From: an uncultured delta proteobacterium
GTDB lineage: Bacteria > Desulfobacterota > Binatia > Binatales > Binataceae
Assembly (NCBI GenBank): GCA_963765675.1
Contig: CAVXXK010000001.1
Coordinates: forward strand, 1,472,001 to 1,536,000
DNA length: 64,000 nt
Direction: 5' to 3'
The notes under the pieces are model-generated. The model was not told where the DNA came from. It made no database searches and was given only the letters and a program-made list of their open reading frames with translations. Both the position numbers and the translations under genes were made by a program. Of this stretch, positions 28,099 through 38,607 are shown in pieces. Position 1 is the stretch's first letter, and each line of letters opens with the position of its first letter.

Positions 28099-28121
28099 TG
28101 ATACTGACTATAGACGAGTAG

Positions 28122-28994
28122 TTACTTGAGCAGCCCGCGCAGCGTAGCAAGATCGGCCGCGACATCCTTGCTTTCCTCGCCGGGTTCGGTTTCCAGGCAC
28201 ATAGGAATTCCGGCGAAACGCCCATCGTTTATGATTCGCCCGAACGCCTCGGTCCCGATGAATCCTTTGCCAATATGCTCGTGCCGATCGACGCGGGAAT
28301 GGAATGGCTTAAGCGAATCATTCAGATGAAACGCGGCCAGCCGCTTGAGCCCGATGTATTTGTCCAATTCCGCGAAGGTCTGCTCGAAGCCTTCGGTCGA
28401 GCGCAGGTCGTAGCCGGCCGCGAATGCGTGCTCGGTATCGAAGCATAGCCGTAGCCGATCGTTTTCCTTGACCGCGTCGAAGATCTGGCCCATCTGCGCA
28501 AGACTGTAGCCGAGCGTGCTGCCTTGCCCGGCGGTAATTTCGAGCGCGATTTTCACCGAGAAGCCTTTGCAGGCGGCGTGCGCCTCGTCGATCGATTTCG
28601 CGATCGTCTTGATCCCCGCGTCTTCGCCCGAGCCGACGTGCGCTCCCGGATGCGCTATCAGGAACGGCACGCCGAGCGCCTCGCAGCGTTCGAGCTCATC
28701 GATAAATCCTCCGACCGAGCGCTTGCGCAGCGGTTCGGCGGGTGCCCCGAGGTTCAGCAGGTAGGAATCATGCGCGATGACGGTCACGATTCCTGTCTCG
28801 CGCCAGTTGCGCTTGAACGCTGCGATTTCTTCTTCGCCGTAGGGTTTCGACGCCCATTGCCGCGACGACTTGGTGAAAATCTGGATCGCGTCGCATCCGA
28901 GCTCTTTGCCGCGGAGCAGGCTCTCTGAAACTCCGCCCGCGATCGATACGTGCGCGCCGAGCAGCGGGCGTTGGTGGTTCGCGGATTCCGTCAT
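28122..28994 (-). CDS. nfo: Endonuclease IV
   Basis: GAHVSIAGG, HDSYLLNL, HPG, LEITAGQG, DTEH, HLNDS, DRHEHIG, LET. Confidence 0.96.
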   Translation of the reverse strand: MTESANHQRPLLGAHVSIAGGVSESLLRGKELGCDAIQIFTKSSRQWASKPYGEEEIAAFKRNWRETGIVTVIAHDSYLLNLGAPAEPLRKRSVGGFIDELERCEALGVPFLIAHPGAHVGSGEDAGIKTIAKSIDEAHAACKGFSVKIALEITAGQGSTLGYSLAQMGQIFDAVKENDRLRLCFDTEHAFAAGYDLRSTEGFEQTFAELDKYIGLKRLAAFHLNDSLKPFHSRVDRHEHIGKGFIGTEAFGRIINDGRFAGIPMCLETEPGEESKDVAADLATLRGLLK

Positions 28995-29092
28995 CGGCGG
29001 TATTCGCGCGGTGCATGGCCCCGCGCCCGTGCATCTTAGCGTGAACGCGTCGGCGATGTTATAGCCGCTGCACGCTTGCCGAGCATCCGCGA

Positions 29093-29518
29093 ATGCGGCT
29101 ATTCGTTAGCATCGTGCGACATCTTTTAATTGTGATTGCGATTTTTACGGCGCCGGCGCTCGCGAGCGGATGCCTCAAGGCCGCTACGTTGCCGCCGCAA
29201 GCGATCTATACCGAGGTCGAGCCTTCAGGCGCTGCTGCCAAGCCTCCCGACTGCAATATGCCAGTGCTGCGCCACGAGCCGCTTACCGAGTATCGCAAGG
29301 TCGGATTGGTCGAGGCGACCGGCAGCGTCTATGACTCCGAATCCGACGTGATGCCCGCGGTCAGGCGTAAGGCCTGCGAGAGCGGCGCCGACGCGATCGT
29401 CATCCTGACCAGCAAATCGCAAACCACTGAAGGACTGGTCGGCTACTATATCGACGCGGAAGCAATCGTGTACGGCGAGAATCCGAACATCCCGTCCGGC
29501 CCTTCGATTTCGCATTGA
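29093..29518 (+). CDS. Hypothetical lipoprotein (YbjQ-like GADAIV motif)
   Basis: Lipobox LASGC; RKACESGADAIVI. Confidence 0.65.
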   Translation: MRLFVSIVRHLLIVIAIFTAPALASGCLKAATLPPQAIYTEVEPSGAAAKPPDCNMPVLRHEPLTEYRKVGLVEATGSVYDSESDVMPAVRRKACESGADAIVILTSKSQTTEGLVGYYIDAEAIVYGENPNIPSGPSISH

Positions 29519-29577
29519 AGCTTTGCGGCGGGGCTGCGTTGCCGCGCGATCCGGCGCATGATAATTGCCAAAGCGCG

Positions 29578-30444
29578 GTGCCTAAACGCTCCATAAAATC
29601 CGTCGGCCTGGTGGTCAAGCGCGATCGGCCCGAGGCGGTCACGCTCGCAAAGAATCTTGCGCGTCATTTGCGGACGCGGCGCGTCGTCCCGATTTCGGAC
29701 GCGGAACTCGCGGCGCGGATTGGCGCCGAACCGGCCACACGAGGCGAACTGGCTGAGCGCGTCGATCTGATCGTCGTACTCGGTGGAGACGGCACCCTGC
29801 TCGGCGTGGCGCGTATGGCGTCGGCGCGCGAGACTCCGATCCTTGGCGTGAATCTGGGCGGGCTCGGTTTTTTGACCGAGGTGACGATCAACGAGGCCAA
29901 GGCCGCGCTCGACCGCGTGCTGGCTGGCGACTACGAGGTCGATCGCAGGATCACGCTCGACACCACGGTCGAGCGCCTCGAACGCGATTCGCGCCGTCTC
30001 GAACGCTTCGTCGCGGTCAACGATATCGTGCTCAATCGCGGACCGCTCGGCCGGATGCTCCAGCTCGAAGTGATCGCCGATCACAAACCGTTCTCTTCGT
30101 ACCGCGCTGACGGATTGATCATCGCGACGCCGACAGGCTCGACCGCATACGCGCTCAGTGCGGGCGGTCCCATCGTCTATCCGACTCTCGAGGTGGTGGT
30201 ATTGGCGCCGATCTGTCCGCATACACTGTCGCATCGCCCGGTCGTCCTGCCCGACACGTTCGAGATAGAAATCCGGGTGAAGGCGCCCGATCACGACGCG
30301 ACGCTGCTGGTCGACGGACAGGAGTCCTCGATCGTCGGCGCCGAGGATGCGATTCGCGTCCGCCGCGGCCGCTCCGCCGTCTCGTTGGTGCGTTCCGCGC
30401 ATCCGTATTTCGAAATCTGGCGCGACAAACTTCACTGGGGCTAA
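29578..30444 (+). CDS. nadK: NAD(+) kinase
   Basis: VLGGDGT, GVNLGGLGFL, ND, ADGLIIATPTGSTAYALSAGGP; followed by recN. Confidence 0.96.
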   Translation: MPKRSIKSVGLVVKRDRPEAVTLAKNLARHLRTRRVVPISDAELAARIGAEPATRGELAERVDLIVVLGGDGTLLGVARMASARETPILGVNLGGLGFLTEVTINEAKAALDRVLAGDYEVDRRITLDTTVERLERDSRRLERFVAVNDIVLNRGPLGRMLQLEVIADHKPFSSYRADGLIIATPTGSTAYALSAGGPIVYPTLEVVVLAPICPHTLSHRPVVLPDTFEIEIRVKAPDHDATLLVDGQESSIVGAEDAIRVRRGRSAVSLVRSAHPYFEIWRDKLHWG

Positions 30445-30453
30445 CGGCCCGCG

Positions 30454-32154
30454 ATGCTGGCTCTACTCCGCATCCGCAATTTCGCGATCATCGAAGAAGC
30501 CGCGCTCGAATTCGGCGCGGGCCTGAACGTGCTCTCCGGCGAAACCGGCGCCGGCAAGACGATCATCCTGACCGCGCTCGGCTTGCTGCTCGGCGAGCGC
30601 GCCTCGCCGGACATGATTCGCGCCGGCGAGAAAGAAGCGGTCGTCGAGGCACTGTTTGAAATCGAAGGCGAAGTCCCCGGCCTCGACACGGTCGAAACCG
30701 GCAAGCGCGAGCTGCTGATTCGCCGCGTGATTGCCGAAGGCGGACGCTCGCGAGTCACGATCGGCGGCGAGCTCGCCACTGTTCAAAGCCTCGCACGAAT
30801 CGGCGCTGCGCTTGTGCAGGTGTACGGACAGCACGAACAGCAGTCGTTGTTGCGCGCGGAGAGTCATCGCGAAATTCTCGATCGTTACGCGCGCCTCGAT
30901 GGCGAACTCATCGCTTATCGCGCGGCATTCGACAAGACTCGCGAGCTTGAAACCTGCCTCGCCGACCTTGGCCGCCGCGAACGCGAGCGCGCGGATCTGC
31001 TCGAGCTCGCGCGCTTCCGGCTGACCGAACTCGATCGCGCCGCGCTGTCTCCGGGCGAGGATCAGGCGCTCGCCGCGGAGCGTGTCGTGCTTGCCAACGC
31101 CTCGCGCCTCGCCGCCGCCGCATCCGAAGTGGAAGCGTCGCTCTACGGCGCGGAGGGCGCTGCGGTCGACGCGGTAGCCGCCGCCGAGACGCGCCTCGTC
31201 GAAGCGGTAGCACTCGACGCCAAGCTCGGCGAGCCGCTCGAGATGATCAAGACCGCTCGCGCGAATCTCGAGGAGGCGGCTCGCGCGTTGTCCGCCTATG
31301 CGGGCAGAATCGAGGCCGATCCCGCGCGTCTGGAAGAGATCGACAATCGGCTCCAGGAGCTTGCGCGGCTAAAGCGAAAATATGGCGGCTCGATCGACAG
31401 CGCGCTCGAGACACTCGCCCGCGCGCGTGGCGAAATCGCCGAGCTCGAGAATGTCGCCGAATCAAAAGCCGGCGCCGAGCGTGCTTTCGCCCTCGCACTG
31501 GACGATTTGGCCGCGCGCGCGAAGCAGCTCAGCGCGCGTCGCGCCGCAGCCGCCGCGGATCTCAAGCGCAAGATGGAAACCGAGCTCAAGTCGCTCGGGA
31601 TGCGCTCGCCCGGATTCGAGCCGCGCCTTGCGCCGCTCGGCGCCGACGAAGCCGCGTTCACTCATCAGGGCGCGCGCCTTGGCGCGGCCGGTTCCGACGC
31701 GGTCGAGTTTCATATAGCGCCCAATCTCGGGCAGCCGCCGATGCCGCTTGCGAAAATCGCCTCGGGCGGAGAGCTCTCGCGCGTGATGCTCGCGCTGAAG
31801 AGGCTCGAAGCGCAGCAGCGCGGTGTCGCGACCATGATCTTCGACGAGGTGGACGCCGGAATCGGCGGTGAAGTCGCGACCGTGGTCGGGCGCAAGCTCG
31901 GCCAGCTCGCGCGCTATCATCAGATTTTGTGCGTCACCCATCTGGCGCAAATTGCGGCTTTCGCCGAAACCCATTTCCACGTCGAGAAAGAGGAGCGCCG
32001 CGGCTCGACCCGCAGCCGTGTCGCAGTATTGCCCGAGTCCGCGCGCGCCGAGGAACTGGCCCGGATGCTCGGTGGCGCGGCCTCGAGCGAGAAGTTCCGC
32101 CGCGCCGCGCGCGAGCTGCTCGAGCGCGCGCATGGTCCGGCCGCGCGCGCTTGA
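30454..32154 (+). CDS. recN: DNA repair protein RecN
   Basis: SGETGAGKT, GQHEQQ, ASGGELSR, FDEVDAGIGG, CVTHLAQIAA. Confidence 0.97.
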   Translation: MLALLRIRNFAIIEEAALEFGAGLNVLSGETGAGKTIILTALGLLLGERASPDMIRAGEKEAVVEALFEIEGEVPGLDTVETGKRELLIRRVIAEGGRSRVTIGGELATVQSLARIGAALVQVYGQHEQQSLLRAESHREILDRYARLDGELIAYRAAFDKTRELETCLADLGRRERERADLLELARFRLTELDRAALSPGEDQALAAERVVLANASRLAAAASEVEASLYGAEGAAVDAVAAAETRLVEAVALDAKLGEPLEMIKTARANLEEAARALSAYAGRIEADPARLEEIDNRLQELARLKRKYGGSIDSALETLARARGEIAELENVAESKAGAERAFALALDDLAARAKQLSARRAAAAADLKRKMETELKSLGMRSPGFEPRLAPLGADEAAFTHQGARLGAAGSDAVEFHIAPNLGQPPMPLAKIASGGELSRVMLALKRLEAQQRGVATMIFDEVDAGIGGEVATVVGRKLGQLARYHQILCVTHLAQIAAFAETHFHVEKEERRGSTRSRVAVLPESARAEELARMLGGAASSEKFRRAARELLERAHGPAARA

Positions 32155-32222
32155 ATGCGCCACCGCGCGCCCAGCGTCTCGGGTTCATATTCGGCTCTCA
32201 CGCCTGCGCGGGCTTATGCGGA

Positions 32223-32687
32223 TCAGGATTCGCGGAGATCGAGCGACATGTAGACGCTATTCGGGTCGAGCACATAGTCGGCGAACGGCGGGCACTCGAC
32301 GAAGCCATGGCTCCTGTAAAGCGAGCGCGCCGGCCGATAATAATCCTTTGTGCCGGTCTCGAGGCTGAGGCGCGACATGCCTCTTGCCCGCGCGGCCGCA
32401 ATGATGTGCCGCAGCATCGCGGCTCCCACTCCCCTTCCCCGCATGGCCTGAGCGGTATGCATCGACTTGACCTCACCATGATCGGCTGAGAGCCGCATCA
32501 GCGCCCCGAAGCCCAAGAGCGTTTCATCCTCCCAGATCGTCCAAAAGCTGACCTCAGAAGATTGAAGCCCGGTGATGTCCAAAGCGTGCCCGCTCTCCGG
32601 AGGTCCGGGCGGAAACGTTGTCAGGTGAATATGCAGAAGATCGACCACACGCTGGTCGCTCAGGTCGCCTTGGACAATCCGCATCAT
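32223..32687 (-). CDS. GNAT acetyltransferase (YsnE-like)
   Basis: PPESGHALD, GEVKSMHT..RGRGVG, LSLETG, PFADY..DPNS. Confidence 0.88.
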   Translation of the reverse strand: MMRIVQGDLSDQRVVDLLHIHLTTFPPGPPESGHALDITGLQSSEVSFWTIWEDETLLGFGALMRLSADHGEVKSMHTAQAMRGRGVGAAMLRHIIAAARARGMSRLSLETGTKDYYRPARSLYRSHGFVECPPFADYVLDPNSVYMSLDLRES

Positions 32688-32999
32688 GGAACACCTCACG
32701 CGGTTTTCCGGTCAACATAGCGCCGGGGGCGGATGAGAGCTAAAGGTCCACTTCCCTACCCGGAGCCGGGTCGCAATACGGCCTCAAGCGAATCGATTTC
32801 GATATCGAAGGCGCCGCGGTTCGCCGAGTCCGCCTCGATCGCGGCGCTGCAGATGCCAATCCGGCTCTGCTAGTCTCATTCACGCTGCCGGTTATGCTGA
32901 CTTCAACCAGTTCAATCCATAGCCAGGCGCGCGCTTGACGCGCAGTTTGGCGCGGCGTTAAACGGGCGATAGAACCTTCGCGATCGAAGGAAGCCGTCT

Positions 33000-34104
33000 G
33001 TGATGATTCCCGACAAAATCTTTTCCGCCGACTCGCACGTGATCGAGCCCGCCGACGTATGGACCGCGCGGATGGATCGCCGTTTTGGCGACCGCGCGCC
33101 ACGCGTGGTCAAACACGCAGGCGATCGCGAGGGCGATTTTTTCGTCGCCGAAGGACTGCGCCCGTTTCCGGTGGCCGGTTTCGCCGTCGCCGGCGTCGAT
33201 CCCAAAGAGTTCGGCGCCGCGATGGCGGCAGGATATCCGGGCGTGCGCCCGTCGGCGTGGGATCCGGTCGAGCGAATCAAAGATCAGGAGCGCGACGGCG
33301 TGGTCGGCGAGGTCCTCTACCCGAGCCTCGGGATGCGCCTGTTTCAGCTCGAAGACAGCGAGCTGCGCGCCGCGAGCTTTCGCGCGTACAACGATTGGCT
33401 GGCCGATTACTGCGCGCACAGTCCGCGGCGCCTCGCGGGCGTGGCGATGATCTCGCTCGACGAGCCGGGTGCGGGAATCGCGGAGCTCGAACACGCGGCG
33501 AAAAAAGGTCTTCGCGGCGCGATGATCTGGGGCGCCGCGCCGGCCGAGAAACCCTACAGCGACAAATCGTACGATCCGTTCTGGGCCGCGGCGCAGGATC
33601 ACGCGCTGCCGATAAGCCTGCATATCCTGACCGAGCGGCGCGGCGGCAGCGACTTCCACAGCGTGATGAAGGGTTACCCGGCGCTGCATCATTCGGTCGA
33701 GCGCTCGCTGACTGAACTGATTTTCGGCGGCGCGCTCGAGCGCTATCCGCGGCTCAAAATCGTCTCGGTGGAAAACGACATCGGATGGATCGCGCACTTC
33801 CTGCAGCGGATGGACCATGCGTTCGAGAAGTACCGCTACCTCGAACGCGATGCGATTCCGAATCCGCCCAGCTTCTATTTCCGCCGCCAGGTCCATGCGA
33901 CGTTTCAGGATGATCGAGTAGGAGTGGTGACGCGCGAATTTCGTCGGCGCCGGCTCGCTGATGTGGGCGTCGGATTTTCCGCATTCGGACTCGACCTGGC
34001 CCAACTCGCGCGAGGTGATCGCGCGCGATTTCGAAGGCGTGCCCGACAGCGAGATACGAATGATGGTCGCGGACAACGCCGCCGCGCTCTATGGCCTCGG
34101 CTAA
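33000..34104 (+). CDS. Amidohydrolase_2 family protein with a +1 frameshift at 33939-33941
   Basis: SADSHVIEP, AYNDWLADYC, SLH. The shifted frame gives VGAGSLMWASDFPHSDSTWP...NAAALYGLG*, stop at 34104. Confidence 0.88.
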
Positions 34105-34675
34105 AACGTCGGCGCCAATCCGATGGGCTCCGCGTGTGCGTCCCGAAAAACTCCGCCGCCTCTACCAAAGCGAAGCGCGCGGAATCCTCGACGCGGAGCT
34201 GCTCGACGACGTCGGCACGACGCTCTATTGGAGGTGCCGCGACATCTTGATCGTCTCGGACGCCGCCGAGGGCCGCGTGAAATGCGTGGGCTGCGCTGCG
34301 ACGATCACGCGTCATCGCGACGACAAAAATCATCTCCTCAGTTGTCCGAAGTGCGGATGGGAGTGCGCCTGGACGGATTATCAAAAGAGCTATCGGCATC
34401 ACGAGCTCTACGCGCGCGGGCTGACGGAAGCTCTGCACGAGTTCATGCAGCGATGGGAACAAGCGCGCACACCGCGCGAGAAGATGGCGCTGATCGATCG
34501 TCTGATACACGTCTGGCATTGGGAGTCGCGAACAGATCATGCGAAGGGCCGTCCGGCCGCGGTCAACCTGATCGAAGGCAGCAGACGGCAGGCGCTGAAA
34601 TTTCTCGACCAACTAAGCGCCGCTCCGGCCGCCGAGCATTCGACGTCGTTGACTAAGCGTCGCGCATCGGATTAG
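34091..34675 (+). CDS. Hypothetical protein with two CxxC (zinc ribbon)
   Basis: WAPRV..LRRLY, CVGC...CPKCGW, IDRLIH..H. Confidence 0.7.
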   Translation: MASAKTSAPIRWAPRVRPEKLRRLYQSEARGILDAELLDDVGTTLYWRCRDILIVSDAAEGRVKCVGCAATITRHRDDKNHLLSCPKCGWECAWTDYQKSYRHHELYARGLTEALHEFMQRWEQARTPREKMALIDRLIHVWHWESRTDHAKGRPAAVNLIEGSRRQALKFLDQLSAAPAAEHSTSLTKRRASD

Positions 34676-34704
34676 TTGAAACTCCGCATCTCGCCGTCAT
34701 CGGT

Positions 34705-34780
34705 GGGGCTGTAGCTCAGCTGGGAGAGCGCCTGAATGGCATTCAGGAGGTCGCGCGTTCGATCCGCGTCAGCTCCACCA
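34705..34780 (+). tRNA. tRNA-Ala(GGC)
   Basis: 76-nt cloverleaf GGGGCTG/CAGCTCC with G3:U70; anticodon arm cctga-atGGCat-tcagg; GTTCGAT T-loop; encoded CCA. Confidence 0.97.
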
Positions 34781-34876
34781 ATAAACTCAATTCTTCTTCG
34801 GCCCCAGACGTTATAGTCCGCCTTCGGGAAAGATTGACGTCATGTATCATGCATAGATCGTCTTGAAAGAAATCTG

Positions 34877-37208
34877 ATGTCCAAAAGTGATCCAATCTCG
34901 CAGCCCAATCTGAACAGCTCGCATTGGGGCGCGTTCGAGGCCGTCGTCGTCGAGGGGCGCGTGACGGAAACGCGGGGATTCTCGAAAGATCCGGATCCCT
35001 CGCCGATGCTGCGTTCAATTCCCGATGCGCTGCATCATCGGAGCCGCGTGGCGTGCCCCGCGGTGCGGGCCGGATGGCTTGAGAAAGGGCCGGGCGGTGC
35101 GCGCGAACGGCGCGGCGGTGATCGCTACATCGAGGTGACGTGGGAGCATGCGCTCGACTTGATCGCGGATGAAATCAGGGCGCGTGATTCGCGAGCGCGG
35201 CAACCAGGCGATCTTCGCGGGGTCATACGGATGGGGCAGCGCAGGCCGCTTTCATCATGCACGGACGCATCTCCAGCGCTTTCTCGGAGGCGTCGGAGGA
35301 TTTACCGGCGCGCGCGAGACCTACAGCACGGCGGCGGGTGCGGTACTGGTCAAGAACGTGCTTGGCAGCCTGCAGGCGATGCACGGTCCGGGGACCAGCT
35401 GGAAAAGTATCGCGGAGCATAGCGACCTGATGGTGATGTTCGGCGGAGTGCCGATTCGCAATACCCAGGTCACTCCGGGCGGGATGGGCGAGCATACGAC
35501 GCGCGGCTGGCTCGAGAAGGCGAAGGCCTCCGGCGTCGAGTTCTGCAATATCAGTCCGATGCGCGACGACGCGGCGAGCTTCATCGACGCGGAATGGATC
35601 GCGCCACGGCCGCATAGCGATACCGCGCTGATGCTCGCGCTCGCGCACACGCTCATCGTCGAAGGACTGCACGACGCAGATTTCCTGGCGCGCTATTGCG
35701 CCGGATTCAGCCGCTTCCGCGATTATCTGCTGGGAGCCGAGGACGGTGTCGCGAAGTCCGCCGACTGGGCGGCGGCCCTGAGCGAAATATCCGCCGACAA
35801 GATTCGTGGCTTGGCGCGAAAGATGGCCGCGTCGCGGACCTTCATCAACGTCAACTGGTCTTTGCAGCGCAGCGATCATGGCGAGCAGCCGATTTGGTCC
35901 GCGATCGCGCTGGCCGCAGTGCTCGGTCAGATTGGATTGCCAGGCGGAGGCTTCGGTTTCGGTTATGGAAGCACCGAAGGAATCGCCGGACTGCAGCAGG
36001 ATGCTCCACTGCCGACTCTGCCGCTTGGCGGCAATCCGATCCGCAGCTTCATTCCGGTAGCTCGAATATCGGACCTGCTGCTGAGTCCCGGACAGCCATA
36101 CCAATACAACGGGCAGGATCTTGTGTATCCGGATATCGATCTCGTCTACTGGTGCGGCGGAAATCCGTTCCATCATCATCAGGATCTGAACCGCCTGATT
36201 CGTGCATGGCGGCGGCCGGCGACCATCGTCGTTAACGATCCATGGTGGACCGCGACCGCGCGCCACGCCGATATCGTGTTGCCGACAACCACCACGCTCG
36301 AGCGCGAGGATATCGGCGCGAGCGCGCGGGACAGGTTCATCATCGCGATGAAGCAGGCGATCGCACCGGTAGGCGAAGCGCGCGACGACTTTGAAATCTT
36401 TGGCGATCTGGCGGAGCGGTTCGGAACTCGCGATTCGTTTGCTGAAGGGCGCACCGCGGCTCAATGGCTTCGTCATATCTATGACGCCGCGCGCGAACGC
36501 GCGATCAAACATGGGATGGAGTGGCCGGAGTTTGACGAGTTTTGGAGGTGCGGTTACGTCGAGATTCCTGAAGTGTCAGAGCCGCATGTGATCTTCGACG
36601 AATTCAGGGCCGATCCCGAGGGCAGTCCACTGCCGACTCCGTCGGGACGAATCGAAATCTTTTCGGAAAAGATCGCGAGCTACAACTATGCGGATTGTCC
36701 CGGGCATCCCGCCTGGCTGGAGCCGGCTGAGTGGTTGGGCAGCGCGATCGTACGCAGATATCCGCTGCATCTTCTGACCACGCAGCCGCAAACGCGGCTC
36801 CATGGCCAGATGGACATGGGCCGCATCAGCCAGCAGAGCAAAGTCGCAGACCGCGAGCCGATGCGCATCAACCGTAACGACGCCAATGCGCGTGGGATTT
36901 GCGACGGCGACATCGTACGGGTCTTCAACGACCGCGGCGCGATCCTGGCCGGAGCGGTTCTGACCGACGACATCCGCGCCGGCGTGATCCAAATCTCGAC
37001 TGGCGCTTGGTTCGACCCGCTCGAGCCCGGAGCGATTGGCAGTCTCGACAAGCACGGCAACCCGAACGTGCTGACGCTCGACAAGGGAACCTCCCGCCTG
37101 GCGCAAGGCCCCAGCGCTCAAACCACACTGGTCCAGGTAGAAAAATACGTCGGCGAACCTCCGCCGGTCACCGCCTTCGACCCGCCGATCATCGTCAAGC
37201 AGCGATAG
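34877..37208 (+). CDS. Mo-bisPGD oxidoreductase, BisC/TorA/DorA (S/N-oxide reductase) family, with a +1 frameshift at 35178-35180
   Basis: SSHWG, P.VR.GWL, GSYGWGSAGRFHHA, Ser ligand in TYSTAA, SLQR..HGEQ, GGNPFHHHQD, RLHGQ, GNPNVLT.D..TS.LAQG; no Tat leader seen. Confidence 0.9.
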
Positions 37209-37237
37209 CCGTCGATGTCATAAAACTCGAAGATAGA

Positions 37238-38335
37238 TCAGCGACGCAAAAGACGGCTGTTTTTGGTGTCACGATAAATCAGTGCGGGCTCTGTGCTGGA
37301 TTCCCCTTGCATCGACTCGACCACATTGTGATGCGGTGACAGGCGGCAAATCGGGTCGGCTTCGGCCGCATTTCCGGCCAACATGAAGGCCTGACAGCGG
37401 CATCCTCCGAAGTCGATTTCTTTCCTGGCGCAGGTGCGGCACGGCTCCATCATCCATTCATCACCGCGAAATGCATTCATCGCAGGTGACTCGCGCCAGA
37501 TCTGTTCTAAAGCGGCATCGCGCACCGAATCGAAATGCATGCCGGGGATTACCGAGGCGGCGTGACATGGCATCACTTCGCCGGCTGGATTGATGCACAT
37601 GTAGCTGCGGCCCCATCCGCCCATGCAGGGTTTGGGCTCGCCCGATAGGTAGTCGTTCTGTACGAATGCGATCTCGAGGATGCCTCGATATTTCGCGATC
37701 GCCTCGCGCGCGATTTCCTCGGCGCGATCATACTGTTCGCGGGTCGGCATCAAGGCCGCGCGATTCTCGGCGGCCCACGCATAGAACTGAGTATTGGCCA
37801 GCTCGAGGCGATGCGCTCCGAGATCCAATGCGATCCGGATGAGCTCGGGGATCTCGGCGATATTCAACCGATGAATCACGACATTGAGGGTGAGCGGAAT
37901 TTCCAATTTGCCGACGAGCCGTGCCACGTCGATCTTCTTTCGGTGCGATCGCACGCCAGCGACCGCCTCAGCACTCTCTCGCGTCGCGCCCTGGATGCTC
38001 AGTTGAATATGATCGAGCCCAGCCTCACGAAACCGCAGTAACTTGTCTTCATCGAGAAGCGTGCCGCCGGTTATCAGGTTGGTGTACAGATCCTGGGTTC
38101 GCGCGTGCTCAATCAGTTCGATGAGATCGGCGCGGAGGACAGGCTCGCCGCCTGAAAGATGCAACTGCACGACACCCAGCTTCGCGGCTTGAGAAAAGAC
38201 CCGTCGCCAATCGTCGGTCGAGAGTTCGTCGCGCGAGCGTTCGAAATCGATGGGGTTGGAACAATATACGCATCGCAGCGGGCATCGATAGGTCAGCTCG
38301 GCAACGAGAGTATATGGACGCGGTGCCGTGGTCAT
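37238..38335 (-). CDS. pqqE: PqqE radical SAM peptide cyclase
   Basis: ELTYRCPLRCVYCSNP, SGGEP, ELANTQFYAWA..NR, PKPCMGGWG, PCH, DFGGCRCQA. Confidence 0.97.
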   Translation of the reverse strand: MTTAPRPYTLVAELTYRCPLRCVYCSNPIDFERSRDELSTDDWRRVFSQAAKLGVVQLHLSGGEPVLRADLIELIEHARTQDLYTNLITGGTLLDEDKLLRFREAGLDHIQLSIQGATRESAEAVAGVRSHRKKIDVARLVGKLEIPLTLNVVIHRLNIAEIPELIRIALDLGAHRLELANTQFYAWAAENRAALMPTREQYDRAEEIAREAIAKYRGILEIAFVQNDYLSGEPKPCMGGWGRSYMCINPAGEVMPCHAASVIPGMHFDSVRDAALEQIWRESPAMNAFRGDEWMMEPCRTCARKEIDFGGCRCQAFMLAGNAAEADPICRLSPHHNVVESMQGESSTEPALIYRDTKNSRLLRR

Positions 38336-38607
38336 TGCAGTAAGCCGCGCACGCGAATCGATTCCAGAAAATCCATGACTTCATGCGTCAGCGTGTCGCG
38401 GTCCACATGGCTGTGATTCTTCGATAGCAGTTCGACAATTTCACTGGTCGAATGCGCGCCATCGCACAATCGCACGATTGCGGAGCCAGTTTCGTTGAGA
38501 GCCAGAGCGGCTTCGGGAAACAAAATCAAATCCTGGTTCGCTATCGGATCGAACTTGAGCCGCGCGCGAGCGGCAAGCCTCGGTCGCCAGGTGTCATCGG
38601 AGTGCAT
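38332..38607 (-). CDS. pqqD: PqqD peptide chaperone
   Basis: LILFPEAALALNETGSAIVRLCDG; TAATG-coupled to pqqC and ATGA-coupled to pqqE. Confidence 0.93.
   Translation of the reverse strand: MHSDDTWRPRLAARARLKFDPIANQDLILFPEAALALNETGSAIVRLCDGAHSTSEIVELLSKNHSHVDRDTLTHEVMDFLESIRVRGLLQ

Noticed and set aside
32700-32999. Intergenic stretch and 120-aa minus ORF as ncRNA or gene
   Set aside because: No recognisable motif or convincing structure.
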